64,000 nt of DNA, from contig CAZUVH010000001.1 in assembly GCA_964623775.1 (NCBI GenBank), positions 155,745 through 219,744 of the forward strand, written 5' to 3'. Shown one piece after another: positions 20,181-30,350 of the stretch. How positions within the stretch are numbered: position 1 is the first letter of the stretch; the number at the start of each line of letters is the position of its first letter. This stretch comes from an uncultured Candidatus Saccharibacteria bacterium. GTDB taxonomy: Bacteria; Patescibacteriota; Minisyncoccia; Phycocordibacterales; UBA2100. The position numbers and the translations under genes are program-made. The notes under the pieces were generated by a model. It saw only the letters and a list, made by a program, of their open reading frames with translations, was not told the origin of the DNA and ran no database searches.

Positions 20181-20474
20181 AAAAAGTGCATGAGATTCTT
20201 ATTAAATTAAGTAGGGGAAGTATACCGCGCTTTCTGTGACGGCAATCTTGCCAGTTCATCAAAAATGACGGGAAATGCGGCTATTTTGGGACACAATGTT
20301 TCGACACAAAGATCGGTTGCGCAGGGGAGCAAATAGCGGGAAAATGGCACGACAATCAAATATGTCGCGGCGCGCAATAGGGGTAGGCCTCATTTCTATA
20401 ATTGTGTGCTTTTTAGCTACGACCTACCCGGTGCATGCCGACACTTTCATTTTTGAATCTGTTACAATATCGAA

Positions 20475-21182
20475 ATGAAAAATTTTGTTGCGCTGGGATT
20501 AGCGATCGTGATTACGATGGTGGGGGCGTACTATTTGGGCGGCTCGAGTGGTTCAATTGCGATAGAGGCCGAGGCTGCGAGACAAGCGGCCGATGCATTT
20601 TCTACCGCCCAATCAAGTGATGCCCCGGCCGCAGCGGCCTCAGCACCTGTCGTGGCAGAGCCGACTGCCGCAGCGCCCGCGCAGTCCGGCGAGCAGAAAA
20701 AAATCACGAAAGCGACCCTCCACACCAATAAAGGGGATATCTCGATCGAGTTTTTCGTCCCTGATGCACCCAATACGGTCGCCAATTTCGTCGAGCTTTC
20801 AAAGGCGGGTTTTTATAACGGCACCAAATTCCATCGTGTCATCAAAGGGTTCATGATCCAGGGCGGTGATCCCTTGAGCAAGGATGATACTCGCCCGGAG
20901 ATGTGGGGAAGAGGAGGTCCTGGGTACACCTTTGCCGACGAGATTCACGCCAACAATCACAATATGGTCGGCACGATCGCAATGGCGAATTCTGGACCCA
21001 ATACCAACGGCAGCCAGTTCTTCATCAATGTCACCAACAATAATTACCTCGACGGCAAACACACGGTCTTTGGCAGGGTAGTTGCGGGAGCCGATGTCGT
21101 GCAGGCGATCGAGAACACAGCGACAGGCGAAGCGGATCGACCGCTCGAGCCCATGGTAATCAAGAGCATTTCTTTGCAGTAA
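20475..21182 (+). CDS. Exported cyclophilin-type peptidyl-prolyl isomerase
   Basis: FHRVIKGFMIQGGDP, MANSGPNTNGSQFFI and HTVFGRV; N-terminal TM. Confidence 0.95.
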   Translation: MKNFVALGLAIVITMVGAYYLGGSSGSIAIEAEAARQAADAFSTAQSSDAPAAAASAPVVAEPTAAAPAQSGEQKKITKATLHTNKGDISIEFFVPDAPNTVANFVELSKAGFYNGTKFHRVIKGFMIQGGDPLSKDDTRPEMWGRGGPGYTFADEIHANNHNMVGTIAMANSGPNTNGSQFFINVTNNNYLDGKHTVFGRVVAGADVVQAIENTATGEADRPLEPMVIKSISLQ

Positions 21183-21248
21183 TTTAGCAATAAATCCTTG
21201 TTAATTACTCATCATTGCGTGACCTGACAATAAGGGTTATCAATAGGG

Positions 21249-22436
21249 ATGCTTGAGTGGATGGGCTCTCTATTAAGTAAGATAATAGCAGTACTCGTTG
21301 GCGGTTTTGCGGTTTTCAACGCTACGTCCACGCCAATCCTCCCGGTTTCTCCAACTCCAACTCCAACTTCCACTGAACCACAGATGGTAACTTCGTCCGA
21401 AATCGAAGACTTAAGGCAGCTTCTTGAACAAGAGAAAATCGCGCGGTTAAAATTGGAAGCTCAACTTTCTTCAGGGGCCAAGAAGCCTATTATCCAACCC
21501 CCGGCAACTGCCCCCGCAGCACAGAGTTCAGCCAAACAAATAAAAACATTCACCATGCCGAGCGGGGCCGTGATTGATGAAAATGGCAACGTAATATCGT
21601 CCCCGGTAGCTCAGGGGTCGACTGATTCGGGATTATCAACAGCGCAGATTTCTGGAACCTTAACGCCATCAGTTGTACTCCTGGGTCCAATGGACTCAGC
21701 CGGGCATATAACCGGTACCGGGAGTGGCGTGGCTATTAATGACGGCCGATTTATTCTTACAAATGCGCATGTTGTTGGTAATTCCTCGTTTATTGCAATA
21801 AAGACTGATGACGGAGATGTTTTCACTGGAACAGTGAAAGGCTCCAATCATTTTGCTGATCTGGCCATAGTCTACACAGGTGGAAAAAAGATACCGCCTG
21901 CAAAATTTGGTAAATCAGACGCTATATCTTTGCCGATAGGAAGCGAAGTCTACGCATTTGGATACCCGCTTACGTTACTTGGGAACGTAACCGTAACAAG
22001 GGGTATTATTTCCGCGCGTCAAAAATTTGACGGCATCACACATTTACAAACGGACGCGAATATCCACCATGGAAACAGCGGCGGACCCTTAGTAAATAAA
22101 TACGGTGAAATTATTGGTATCAATAGCTCAGTGTTGAAGGATCAAAATTACAATACCCAGGCGGCAGGTATTGGTTTTGCCATCCCAATAGATTATGCGC
22201 AGACTCTTATTCCAGGACTTATAGAGGGGTCGCCGAGTGTATACGGTAGCCAAGTAACGCAGACCGCAACGCAGAACGGCTCACTTACAATTCCGAGAAG
22301 CATCATTACGAGTATTGAATATAATCCCGATCTGCAGTGTTCCCAGTTCGGTCTTACTGTTGCCGATGCGGCGATCTGCGATAAATACAAAAATCAGCGC
22401 AATAGTTACAGCTGGACAATAGATGAGTCACGCTGA
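21249..22436 (+). CDS. Trypsin-like (HtrA-type) serine protease without PDZ
   Basis: Catalytic triad motifs TNAHVV, DLAI and GNSGGPL; N-terminal anchor and Pro/Thr linker. Confidence 0.9.
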   Translation: MLEWMGSLLSKIIAVLVGGFAVFNATSTPILPVSPTPTPTSTEPQMVTSSEIEDLRQLLEQEKIARLKLEAQLSSGAKKPIIQPPATAPAAQSSAKQIKTFTMPSGAVIDENGNVISSPVAQGSTDSGLSTAQISGTLTPSVVLLGPMDSAGHITGTGSGVAINDGRFILTNAHVVGNSSFIAIKTDDGDVFTGTVKGSNHFADLAIVYTGGKKIPPAKFGKSDAISLPIGSEVYAFGYPLTLLGNVTVTRGIISARQKFDGITHLQTDANIHHGNSGGPLVNKYGEIIGINSSVLKDQNYNTQAAGIGFAIPIDYAQTLIPGLIEGSPSVYGSQVTQTATQNGSLTIPRSIITSIEYNPDLQCSQFGLTVADAAICDKYKNQRNSYSWTIDESR

Positions 22437-22491
22437 CCGCCACTTCCGATGAGGAGACAGGGGGAGAAGCATTTTGAGCCGTAAGCTTCCT

Positions 22492-22893
22492 CTAATCCGT
22501 TTTCTCTAGAGTTGAAGTGCCTGTGGGTGTTGTGGGGGTCTGATTTATAACGGGGGCGTAGACGATCTCGATGACTTTCCGGCGGGTGCGGCCGTATTTG
22601 TCGATTGCGTCGAGTGTGATGTGATTATTGCCTGGTGCGAGTATGAACGGTTCGTTGAATATCCCGTCCTCGGTCACGGAAATTTGTTTTCCGTTCATCG
22701 ATAGCGCAGTGATGCGCTCGGCCTTTCCGCGTATGGTCACCGCAGGCTCATATACCATAGTGACACCCGATGTGATGGTGATTACCGGTCCAAAGAGTAG
22801 CCCGCGTGCCTCGTAATATCCGTAGCCGATGATAAGTATGAAGAAAACAATGAGTGCGATCTTTGTCACGCGACTATCGCGATGGGGAAGCAT
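22492..22893 (-). CDS. Membrane-anchored small Ig-like domain protein
   Basis: N-terminal TM; LAPGNNHITLDAIDKYGR. Confidence 0.75.
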   Translation of the reverse strand: MLPHRDSRVTKIALIVFFILIIGYGYYEARGLLFGPVITITSGVTMVYEPAVTIRGKAERITALSMNGKQISVTEDGIFNEPFILAPGNNHITLDAIDKYGRTRRKVIEIVYAPVINQTPTTPTGTSTLEKTD

Positions 22894-22916
22894 GCGTTTA
22901 TTCTACTCTATATTAA

Positions 22917-25172
22917 CTACGCCCTCTCCTCGTCTGTTTCCGCAGTTTCGTCCATGGGTTCTGCGGCGAGCTCATCCGCGTTGCCTGCACCGATCACTTC
23001 ACGTGGCTTTGCGCCATCTGCAGGCCCTACGACGCCACGATCTTCGAGCATATCGATCAATTTTGCGGCACGTGCGTACCCGACACCGAGCTTACGCTGA
23101 AGGTATGAGGTAGAAGCCTTACCAGCTTCGATCACCGTTTGTTTCGCTTGGCTATAGAGCTCGTCTTCCTCGCCGTCGTCAGACATTGAATTGAATATCG
23201 CATCAGGGCCACCAGCCTGGCCACGCTCAGTAAAATCAATTTCGCTCGTGAGCGTAGTTTCGTTGTTGCTGATGATATGTTTTACGACCTGCTTTACCTC
23301 CGCCTCAGAAATGTACGGAGCTTGGATACGGTTGGGCTTCGACATTTCGCCCGAGAGGAAGAGCATGTCGCCGGCACCGAGCAATTTTTCGGCACCGCTG
23401 CCATCGAGAATGGTGCGTGAGTCGATCTGCGATGCCACCTGGAGTGCCAATCGAGCCGGGATGTTCGCCTTGATGAGGCCCGTGATGACTTTTACTGACG
23501 GGCGTTGTGTCGAGAGAATGAGGTGAATACCGACAGCGCGGCTCATCTGCGCAAGTCGGACGATACTGCCCTCCAATTCACGCGGGTAGGTGGACATGAT
23601 GTCGGCGAGCTCGTCGACGATAACGACGATGTAGGGCATTGCCTCTGGCATGGGCTGACTCTCGTCCATGGCTTCGAGCGCAGGTGCCACGATGTTTTTA
23701 TGATAGGAAGCGATGTCGCGCACGCGCTCTTGTTCCAAGATGCCGTACCTGCGTTCCATTTCTTTGGTGAGCCACTTCATCGCGAGGATCGTCTTCTTTG
23801 GATCGGTGATGACGGGAGTCAAAAGGTGGGGGATCGAGTTGTACCCGGTCAATTCCACGCGCTTTGGATCGACAAGAATGAAACGAAGACGCTCCGGGCC
23901 GCATCTATAAAGGAGCGAGACAATGAAATTGTGGATCGTTACCGATTTGCCGGCACCGGTCGTGCCCGCGACGAGCATGTGTGGCATTTTTGCGAGATCC
24001 GCGTATTGCGCCTGGCCTGTGATGGTACGGCCGAGCGCCATCATGAGTGGCTTCTCAGATGATACAAATTGCTCCTCTGTCATGAGGGGCGCGAGACCGA
24101 GCGTGGTGCGCGAGATGTTCGGCACTTCGATGCCGACGAGCGATTTGCCGGGGATCGGAGCCTCGATGCGGATAGGGGAGGCGGCGAGGGCGAGCTCGAG
24201 ATTGCTTTGCAGTGCGATGATCTTGGAGAGTCGGACGCCTTCGGCAGGTTTCATCGCGTAGCGAGTGACTGTCGGGCCGATCGATGCTTCGTCCATCTCC
24301 ACCTGTATGCCGAAATTCTGGAGCGTACGCTTGATGATGTTCATGTTGGCCTTTACGTCGCCCACCTCCGGCTTGCCTTTATTTTTTGCCAATATCGAAA
24401 CGGGCGGGGGATTGTAGGTGCTGCCGGTCGCGGCGATGATAGGGAAGCCCTCGACCGAACTACCGTTGCCGAATGTGCTTATCTGCGCTTCTTTCTCGGG
24501 CTTTTTCGCAAGAGGTGCCGGAGCGGGAATCTCGTCTTCCTCGTCTATCTCTTCTTCCGCTTCGTCCTCTTCAGAATCTTCTTCCGGCAGCCCGCTTACG
24601 GTTGCCTCATCGACGTCATCTTCTTCCTCGGCGTCCTCATCCTTCGCAGCAAACCATGCGCGGATTTTTACGATGAGTTCACGCAAATCCGCATCGAATG
24701 CGATGACAAGAGATATGAGTATGAAAGCTACAAGGAAAATGACCGTCGCAACGGTGTCGACTGCGGCAACGAGTGGGGAAGAGATGGCCGCCCCAATGAC
24801 GCCGCCTCTGCTCGGGAAGGCGAGATTGATCATGCCTAATCCGGAGAGTAAGAAAATGCCTATACAAATGAATTGGATCCAGCCAAAGTGTTTTTCGAAT
24901 GAACGAAAAATAAGCATCGCGAGCATGATGAGCGATATAGGAAAAAGTAAATAGCCGACACCCAAAAGCCACGTGAGCGATGCAAACACGACTTTGCCAA
25001 AATCCCCTCCCCCGCCGAAATATGCAAGCGTAAGGAATCCGGCGAGAGCCATAAAAAGAATCGCAAAAACGCCGCGCATCGCGGCTCCGCTCACACCCCT
25101 TTCACTCGATGAGTCGTCGTCATCTTCGCGTGCTCTGCTGCGCGAATTTTTGGCGCGCTTCTTGGATGCCAT
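22917..25172 (-). CDS. ftsK: DNA translocase FtsK/SpoIIIE
   Basis: 4 TM N-terminus, PHMLVAGTTGAGKS, DPKRVEL, VDELAD and gamma domain ASTSYLQRKLGVGYARAA. Confidence 0.97.
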   Translation of the reverse strand: MASKKRAKNSRSRAREDDDDSSSERGVSGAAMRGVFAILFMALAGFLTLAYFGGGGDFGKVVFASLTWLLGVGYLLFPISLIMLAMLIFRSFEKHFGWIQFICIGIFLLSGLGMINLAFPSRGGVIGAAISSPLVAAVDTVATVIFLVAFILISLVIAFDADLRELIVKIRAWFAAKDEDAEEEDDVDEATVSGLPEEDSEEDEAEEEIDEEDEIPAPAPLAKKPEKEAQISTFGNGSSVEGFPIIAATGSTYNPPPVSILAKNKGKPEVGDVKANMNIIKRTLQNFGIQVEMDEASIGPTVTRYAMKPAEGVRLSKIIALQSNLELALAASPIRIEAPIPGKSLVGIEVPNISRTTLGLAPLMTEEQFVSSEKPLMMALGRTITGQAQYADLAKMPHMLVAGTTGAGKSVTIHNFIVSLLYRCGPERLRFILVDPKRVELTGYNSIPHLLTPVITDPKKTILAMKWLTKEMERRYGILEQERVRDIASYHKNIVAPALEAMDESQPMPEAMPYIVVIVDELADIMSTYPRELEGSIVRLAQMSRAVGIHLILSTQRPSVKVITGLIKANIPARLALQVASQIDSRTILDGSGAEKLLGAGDMLFLSGEMSKPNRIQAPYISEAEVKQVVKHIISNNETTLTSEIDFTERGQAGGPDAIFNSMSDDGEEDELYSQAKQTVIEAGKASTSYLQRKLGVGYARAAKLIDMLEDRGVVGPADGAKPREVIGAGNADELAAEPMDETAETDEERA

Positions 25173-25191
25173 GGCGACAATCATAGCACGC

Positions 25192-25200
25192 TGTGGATAA
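25192..25200 (-). promoter_or_regulatory. Consensus DnaA box in the ftsK promoter region
   Basis: TGTGGATAA (reverse complement of TTATCCACA). Confidence 0.6.
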
Positions 25201-25328
25201 CACCTTTTCGCACGGCGAAGATCGCAGTGGTGGGATCGCGTCCGGTTCCTTGCGAGCGTCCTTTTGCAGCTGTATATTTCTCTGACCAATAGACATGAGA
25301 CACACAAAAGACATATAATGAACAGATC

Positions 25329-26081
25329 ATGGACTATCTAAAAGACGGACAAAAAGCTGACTCCATCGCTCGATTCGTGGATAATCAGGAGGTCAAGACC
25401 AGTCCCTTCGGCGACAACCGCATTGGCGAGCGCGCGTACAAACGAGCCGAGCGCATTGTTGCGGCTCTCCACCTCCTCACCAATCACGTCGCAGCCGATG
25501 AGCCCGCGCGCGAAATGATCCGTCGCAAGGGTCTCGAACTCCTCTCGGAGGTACTAGAACTCCGCGACAAAATGCGCGCCTCAGCATCTGCCGATTTCAC
25601 GGCCGTTCAGGCATCGATCCGGAATCTTATATCACTGCTCCGCATGCTCGCGGTCGGGGGCTCCATTTCCATACAAAACGGCGAAATCGTCATAGATGCA
25701 CTCGACGAACTGGGAAATTTCCTCGTAACATCGGTGCGCTCGTCGTTCACTGAGAGTATACGATTGTCTCGTGAGGATCTTTTAGATGTACGAGAGTCGA
25801 CAGTGAAATATATAAAGGACAAGGACATAAAGGACAATAGGACAAAGGACGGGCCTGTGCATGGGGCACATGGATCCGATAGCAATGGTCACACCTCTCT
25901 CAGAGCAGAGCGGATTGTTGCCGTGCTTCGCCAAGGGGGCGAATTCGGCATTAGAGACATCGTTTCACACCTGCCCGAATATAGTGAAAAGATGATCCAG
26001 AGGGAGCTGGCTCAGCTCGTGCAGGCCGGTAAGGCAAAAAAAGCAGGTCTCAAGCGCTGGAGTAAGTATTCTATTGTATAA
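25329..26081 (+). CDS. Protein with an N-terminal four-helix-bundle-like domain and a C-terminal winged HTH (DeoR-like)
   Basis: AYKRAERIVAALHLLT..VAADEP; C-terminal IRDIVSHLPEYSEKMIQRELAQLV...GLKRWSKY. Confidence 0.8.
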   Translation: MDYLKDGQKADSIARFVDNQEVKTSPFGDNRIGERAYKRAERIVAALHLLTNHVAADEPAREMIRRKGLELLSEVLELRDKMRASASADFTAVQASIRNLISLLRMLAVGGSISIQNGEIVIDALDELGNFLVTSVRSSFTESIRLSREDLLDVRESTVKYIKDKDIKDNRTKDGPVHGAHGSDSNGHTSLRAERIVAVLRQGGEFGIRDIVSHLPEYSEKMIQRELAQLVQAGKAKKAGLKRWSKYSIV

Positions 26082-26284
26082 ATCAGTCCCTTTTACTCCT
26101 TTATCGACCTTTTTGCCTCTTCATGATGAATGAAAGAAGTATGAAAGAGATGGCTCTACAGAGCGTCTCTATTATTGACTCCGCTAGGGTACTGCTGTAA
26201 TGTGCGGGCATAACTTTTGCGCCTAAGGGTCACCCAATGAGTAGTCCGAAAAGGGCGTTTGTTGAGCGATTTTTTACGCACAAG

Positions 26285-26293
26285 TTATCCACA
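26285..26293 (+). promoter_or_regulatory. Consensus DnaA box upstream of the S-layer promoter
   Basis: TTATCCACA. Confidence 0.6.
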
Positions 26294-26346
26294 AAGCGGA
26301 GTGATACGCCTCACCCATAGGCACACGTTCTGATATATAATTGTGC

Positions 26347-26822
26347 TGCGACATCTCTTATTGGAGATGTCACTGCGCATATGGCCGTGCTTCTGGCGTT
26401 GCGTATCCGATTTTGATCTTTGACATTTTCATAAGGAAACGACAGTGGATGAAAAGTCCACACTGTTTGATTAGGCGTGCGCGTCATCGCTTCTGGTGTG
26501 AAGCGTGCGCAAAATACTGACTCTCAGAAAATGTCCCGAGGATTCCGAAAATATTCCGAACGACACATTCCCTTCTTGATGCTAACCTCGCACATCACTT
26601 CTTTTAATTAAGAAAGATTGCGGGCTAGCAAAATACGTACTGCCGAAAAATAAAATTAAAAAATTATTTTTCGCAGTGCTCGGACGAAAGTCCAAATTAT
26701 CAGTTGTCTTCAGTTACTAGTAATTATTAATTGAGACACACTACGCATTCATTTTCTCTGTCGAAAGAAAAATGTATGCGGTTCTGATTTTTAAAATCAG
26801 AATCAAAGGTCAAAACATAAAT
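26347..26822 (+). promoter_or_regulatory. Long, highly structured 5' leader of the S-layer-like gene
   Basis: TATAAT at 26336-26341; at least 8 hairpins; long-range pairing 26411-26423 with 26803-26815. Confidence 0.65.
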
Positions 26823-29800
26823 ATGAGTAAAGCATTAGCAACAAAAAATGTTGCGGCTATCGTTTTGGCTTTCGCTATGATCGTCGGCTTCGCGTTTTCT
26901 TTTGCCACACCGGCAAAGGCAGACATGATGTCTGATCTTCAGGCGCAAGTTCAAGCATTGCTCGCACAGATCTCAGCACTTCAGGGCGGCTCGAGCGCAC
27001 CGGTTTCGGGCGCAGGCTGCTACACCTTCACGCAGAGCCTCAAAAAGGGTTCTACGGGCGGTGAAGTGATGTGGGTCCAAAAATTCCTTAACAGTCATGG
27101 AGCACAGGTAGCTGCTAGCGGCGCCGGCTCTCCGGGTAACGAGACGAGCACCTTCGGTCCTGCGACCGCAGCTGCAGTCAAGAAGTTCCAGGAGTTGCAC
27201 GCTGCTGACGTCCTCACTCCGGTCGGCCTCACGGCTGGTACCGGCAACTGGGGTCCTTCGACTCGCGCAAAGGCAAACGCTCTCTGCGCAGGTTCGACAG
27301 GCGGCACGACAGGCGGCGGCACAACCGTCCCGATGACTGGAAACGTGATGGTTAGCGGCGGTGTACAGCCGGCCAATTCATTGGCTCCGGCAAGCTCTGT
27401 TCGCGTTCCGTTCACGACCTTCACAATCACCAACGGTTCTGGCGCAGCTGTCACCATCAATGGTGTCAAAGTACAGCGCACAGGCCTCGCTCAGGATGTC
27501 AACTTCACTGGCGTAGTCCTCGTTGATTCGAATGGTCTTCAGGTTGGCAACAGCCAGACCCTCAACTCGGATCACATGGCGACGATCGGCGGTACGTGGA
27601 CAATCCCAGCAGGTGCTTCCCAGACCTTCACGGTCGCGGGCAACATCGCTGCGGCTGCTACAGCCAAGTCGGGTGAAGTCGCAAGCCTCTCTGTTGTCGG
27701 TGTAGACACCGCAGCTACGGTTGGCGGTTCTCTCCCGATCACGGGTGCAAGCCACACGATCAACACGACTCTTGCTATCGGTACGCTCACGATCGGCACC
27801 TCACCTGAGGATCCGAGTTCGGCTACCAACAAGAACATCGGCGACACGGGCATCAAGTTCTCAGCCGTCCGCTTCACTGCGGGCTCGGGTGAGGATCTCA
27901 AGCTCTTCTCTGTTCGATGGCGCTTGAACGGCTCCGCTTCGTCTGCCGATATCGGCAACGTAGTGACGGTCGTCAATGGTACGACTTATCCGACGGTTCT
28001 CTCGTCTGATGGTCGTTACTACACCTCGACGTTCCCGGGCGGCATCATGGTCGCCAAGGGTATGTCGGTTGATGTCTTGGTCAAGGGCGATGTCGTCGGC
28101 AACAATGCTGCGGCTCGCACTGTCATCTTCGACATCGACAGAACTTCGGATGTCTACTTTGTAGGTCAGACGTATGGTTATGGTATCGCGTTGCCGACTT
28201 CCTCAACGGGAGGTACGTATGACTCGACCAACCACTCGACTTCTGGCTTCAACACAGCTAGTCAGCCTTGGTTCACGGGCGCGAAGGTCACTGTTCAGGC
28301 TGGTACAGTAACGACCATCCAAAATGCGTCGTCTGTCGCTGCCCAGAACATCCCGACCAACGTTCCGAACACGGTACTCGGCGGATTCATCACGAATTTC
28401 GCGGGTGAAGCAGTCACTGTCTCTGGCATGACCTTCTACCTCACGACGGCCGGCACCGGTGGTATCACCAACGTTTCCCTCGTTGATCAGAACGGCGCTG
28501 TCGTTGCTGGTCCGGTGGATGCATCGTTCTCTGGTACCAACGGCGTTGTCACGTTCACTTCGAACGTAACGTTCCCGGTTGGTTCACGCACCTACACGAT
28601 CAAAGGTAAGCTTGGTAACTCAGGCTTCACGAATGGTCAGACGGTTCAGGCCTCGACGACTCCGTCGGCATGGTCGAGCCCAGTAGGTCAGACCTCGGGT
28701 AACACGATCACGATCTCGACAGGCAACTTCACGATGGCTGTCATGACGGTCCGCACAGGATCGCTCGCTATCACTGCGGCCTCGTCGCCGGCTTCGGCCA
28801 GTGTCGTACGCCCAGCTACGAACGTCCGTCTCGCGAACATCCAGCTCGATGCCTCGCAGTCGGGTGAAGACATGCGCATCTCGAACCTTATTCTCAAGAG
28901 CACGGGTACAGCTCAGGAGGCCAGCCTTAGTGGCTGCCAGCTCTGGGATGGCACGACTGCGCTCAATACTGGTTCGAACGCGGTCAACACTGTCTCGACG
29001 ACAACCACGGTCACCTTCGATAACTCACTTACGATTACGAAGGGTACTGTGAAGACACTCGGATGGTCCTGCAACATTGCTGGCACAGCCAACAGTGGCA
29101 GCACGTACATCTGGGGCGTCAACTCGGGCAACACGATCACCGCAACGGGCGTCCAGTCTGGTAGCTCGTTCACGATCACTCCGACGACAGGTGCAAGTGG
29201 CACGATGACGCTCTCGACGGGCGCTTCAGTCACGATCACTGTTGACTCCTCGTCTCCGTCATACGCCGTACAGGCGGGTGGCGCGACAGGCGTCACGCTC
29301 GGTGTATTCAAGATCCGATCTGCAAATGAGGCTCTTAACCTCACGAAGATTGGTCTCCAGCTCGGTAGTGGTGCAGCAGCTGACCTTGGAACTGTAAGCC
29401 TCTACAACGGCTCCACACTCCTCGGTACTGCGACCTTCACCGGCAGCAATACGAACGCAACCTCGACACTCTCGAGTCCGTTCACAGTTGCTCAGGACAC
29501 CGATGTCTTGATCACGGTCAAGGGCGACCTTGCCATGATCGGCACTGGCCAGCCTGGTACCCAGGGTCAGCTTGTCAAAGTTGAACCTACCAACCAGTGG
29601 GAGGGCACGGGCGTAAGCTCGGGTTCAGTTGTGAATGCAAGCGGCAGCGCCGGAGTAGCTGGTGTCCGCACATTCAAGTCATTCCCGACGGTCGCTCTCG
29701 ACACCTTGTCTTCGACAGGCGTCGCTGACGGTCGCTTGATCCGATTCAAGGTCACGGCTGACAGCCATGGCCCAGTCGGTATCTGGGAGTTCCCGTTCAA

Positions 29801-30221
29801 CGTCGCTACAACGACATTGAGCGTCACGAACTTCGCGCTCTACGGCTACACTGATTCCTCGTACTCTCAGGCCATCTCTGGTCAGGATTCGGGTGGTCAG
29901 ATCGGCGCCACAATCAGCGCGACATCTACGAGCTTCATCGTCTTGCCGACAACCAACCCGGTACAAGTACCGGCTGGCAGCACCTACTACTTCGAGCTTC
30001 GCGGCTCTGTATCGGGTGTGACCTCTGGCGCGTCTGCAGTGACTAAGCTCTTGGGTGACACCACATACAATGGTCTCGCTCAGGCTGCTCAGGTAGCGGG
30101 CAACTTCGTCTGGTCTGCAAATGCAACCACGACGTCGTCAACCTCACACGCTGACTGGTCCAACGGCGCAAGTATTCCTGGCTTGTCGTCGAGCGGCATC
30201 ATCCAGACTCGTTCCAACTAA
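26823..30221 (+). CDS. Large S-layer-like surface protein with an N-terminal peptidoglycan-binding domain
   Basis: Signal peptide AKA-D, coiled coil, LKKGSTGGEV..VQKFLN...FGPATAAAVKKFQ; Thr/Ser/Gly-rich beta repeats; strong codon bias. Confidence 0.85.
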   Translation: MSKALATKNVAAIVLAFAMIVGFAFSFATPAKADMMSDLQAQVQALLAQISALQGGSSAPVSGAGCYTFTQSLKKGSTGGEVMWVQKFLNSHGAQVAASGAGSPGNETSTFGPATAAAVKKFQELHAADVLTPVGLTAGTGNWGPSTRAKANALCAGSTGGTTGGGTTVPMTGNVMVSGGVQPANSLAPASSVRVPFTTFTITNGSGAAVTINGVKVQRTGLAQDVNFTGVVLVDSNGLQVGNSQTLNSDHMATIGGTWTIPAGASQTFTVAGNIAAAATAKSGEVASLSVVGVDTAATVGGSLPITGASHTINTTLAIGTLTIGTSPEDPSSATNKNIGDTGIKFSAVRFTAGSGEDLKLFSVRWRLNGSASSADIGNVVTVVNGTTYPTVLSSDGRYYTSTFPGGIMVAKGMSVDVLVKGDVVGNNAAARTVIFDIDRTSDVYFVGQTYGYGIALPTSSTGGTYDSTNHSTSGFNTASQPWFTGAKVTVQAGTVTTIQNASSVAAQNIPTNVPNTVLGGFITNFAGEAVTVSGMTFYLTTAGTGGITNVSLVDQNGAVVAGPVDASFSGTNGVVTFTSNVTFPVGSRTYTIKGKLGNSGFTNGQTVQASTTPSAWSSPVGQTSGNTITISTGNFTMAVMTVRTGSLAITAASSPASASVVRPATNVRLANIQLDASQSGEDMRISNLILKSTGTAQEASLSGCQLWDGTTALNTGSNAVNTVSTTTTVTFDNSLTITKGTVKTLGWSCNIAGTANSGSTYIWGVNSGNTITATGVQSGSSFTITPTTGASGTMTLSTGASVTITVDSSSPSYAVQAGGATGVTLGVFKIRSANEALNLTKIGLQLGSGAAADLGTVSLYNGSTLLGTATFTGSNTNATSTLSSPFTVAQDTDVLITVKGDLAMIGTGQPGTQGQLVKVEPTNQWEGTGVSSGSVVNASGSAGVAGVRTFKSFPTVALDTLSSTGVADGRLIRFKVTADSHGPVGIWEFPFNVATTTLSVTNFALYGYTDSSYSQAISGQDSGGQIGATISATSTSFIVLPTTNPVQVPAGSTYYFELRGSVSGVTSGASAVTKLLGDTTYNGLAQAAQVAGNFVWSANATTTSSTSHADWSNGASIPGLSSSGIIQTRSN

Positions 30222-30262
30222 TCTAGTTGCAACTAGTCACGTTCGTGGCGACAACGCGAACA

Positions 30263-30297
30263 GCAAAACCCCTCTCCGAAAGGAGAGGGGTTTTTGC
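30263..30297 (+). terminator. Intrinsic terminator
   Basis: AAAACCCCTCTCC-gaaa-GGAGAGGGGTTTTT. Confidence 0.9.
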
Positions 30298-30350
30298 GTT
30301 GCGACTCGGCGACCTTTATTCCCACTCAATCCCTTTGTATAATGCTGAGC

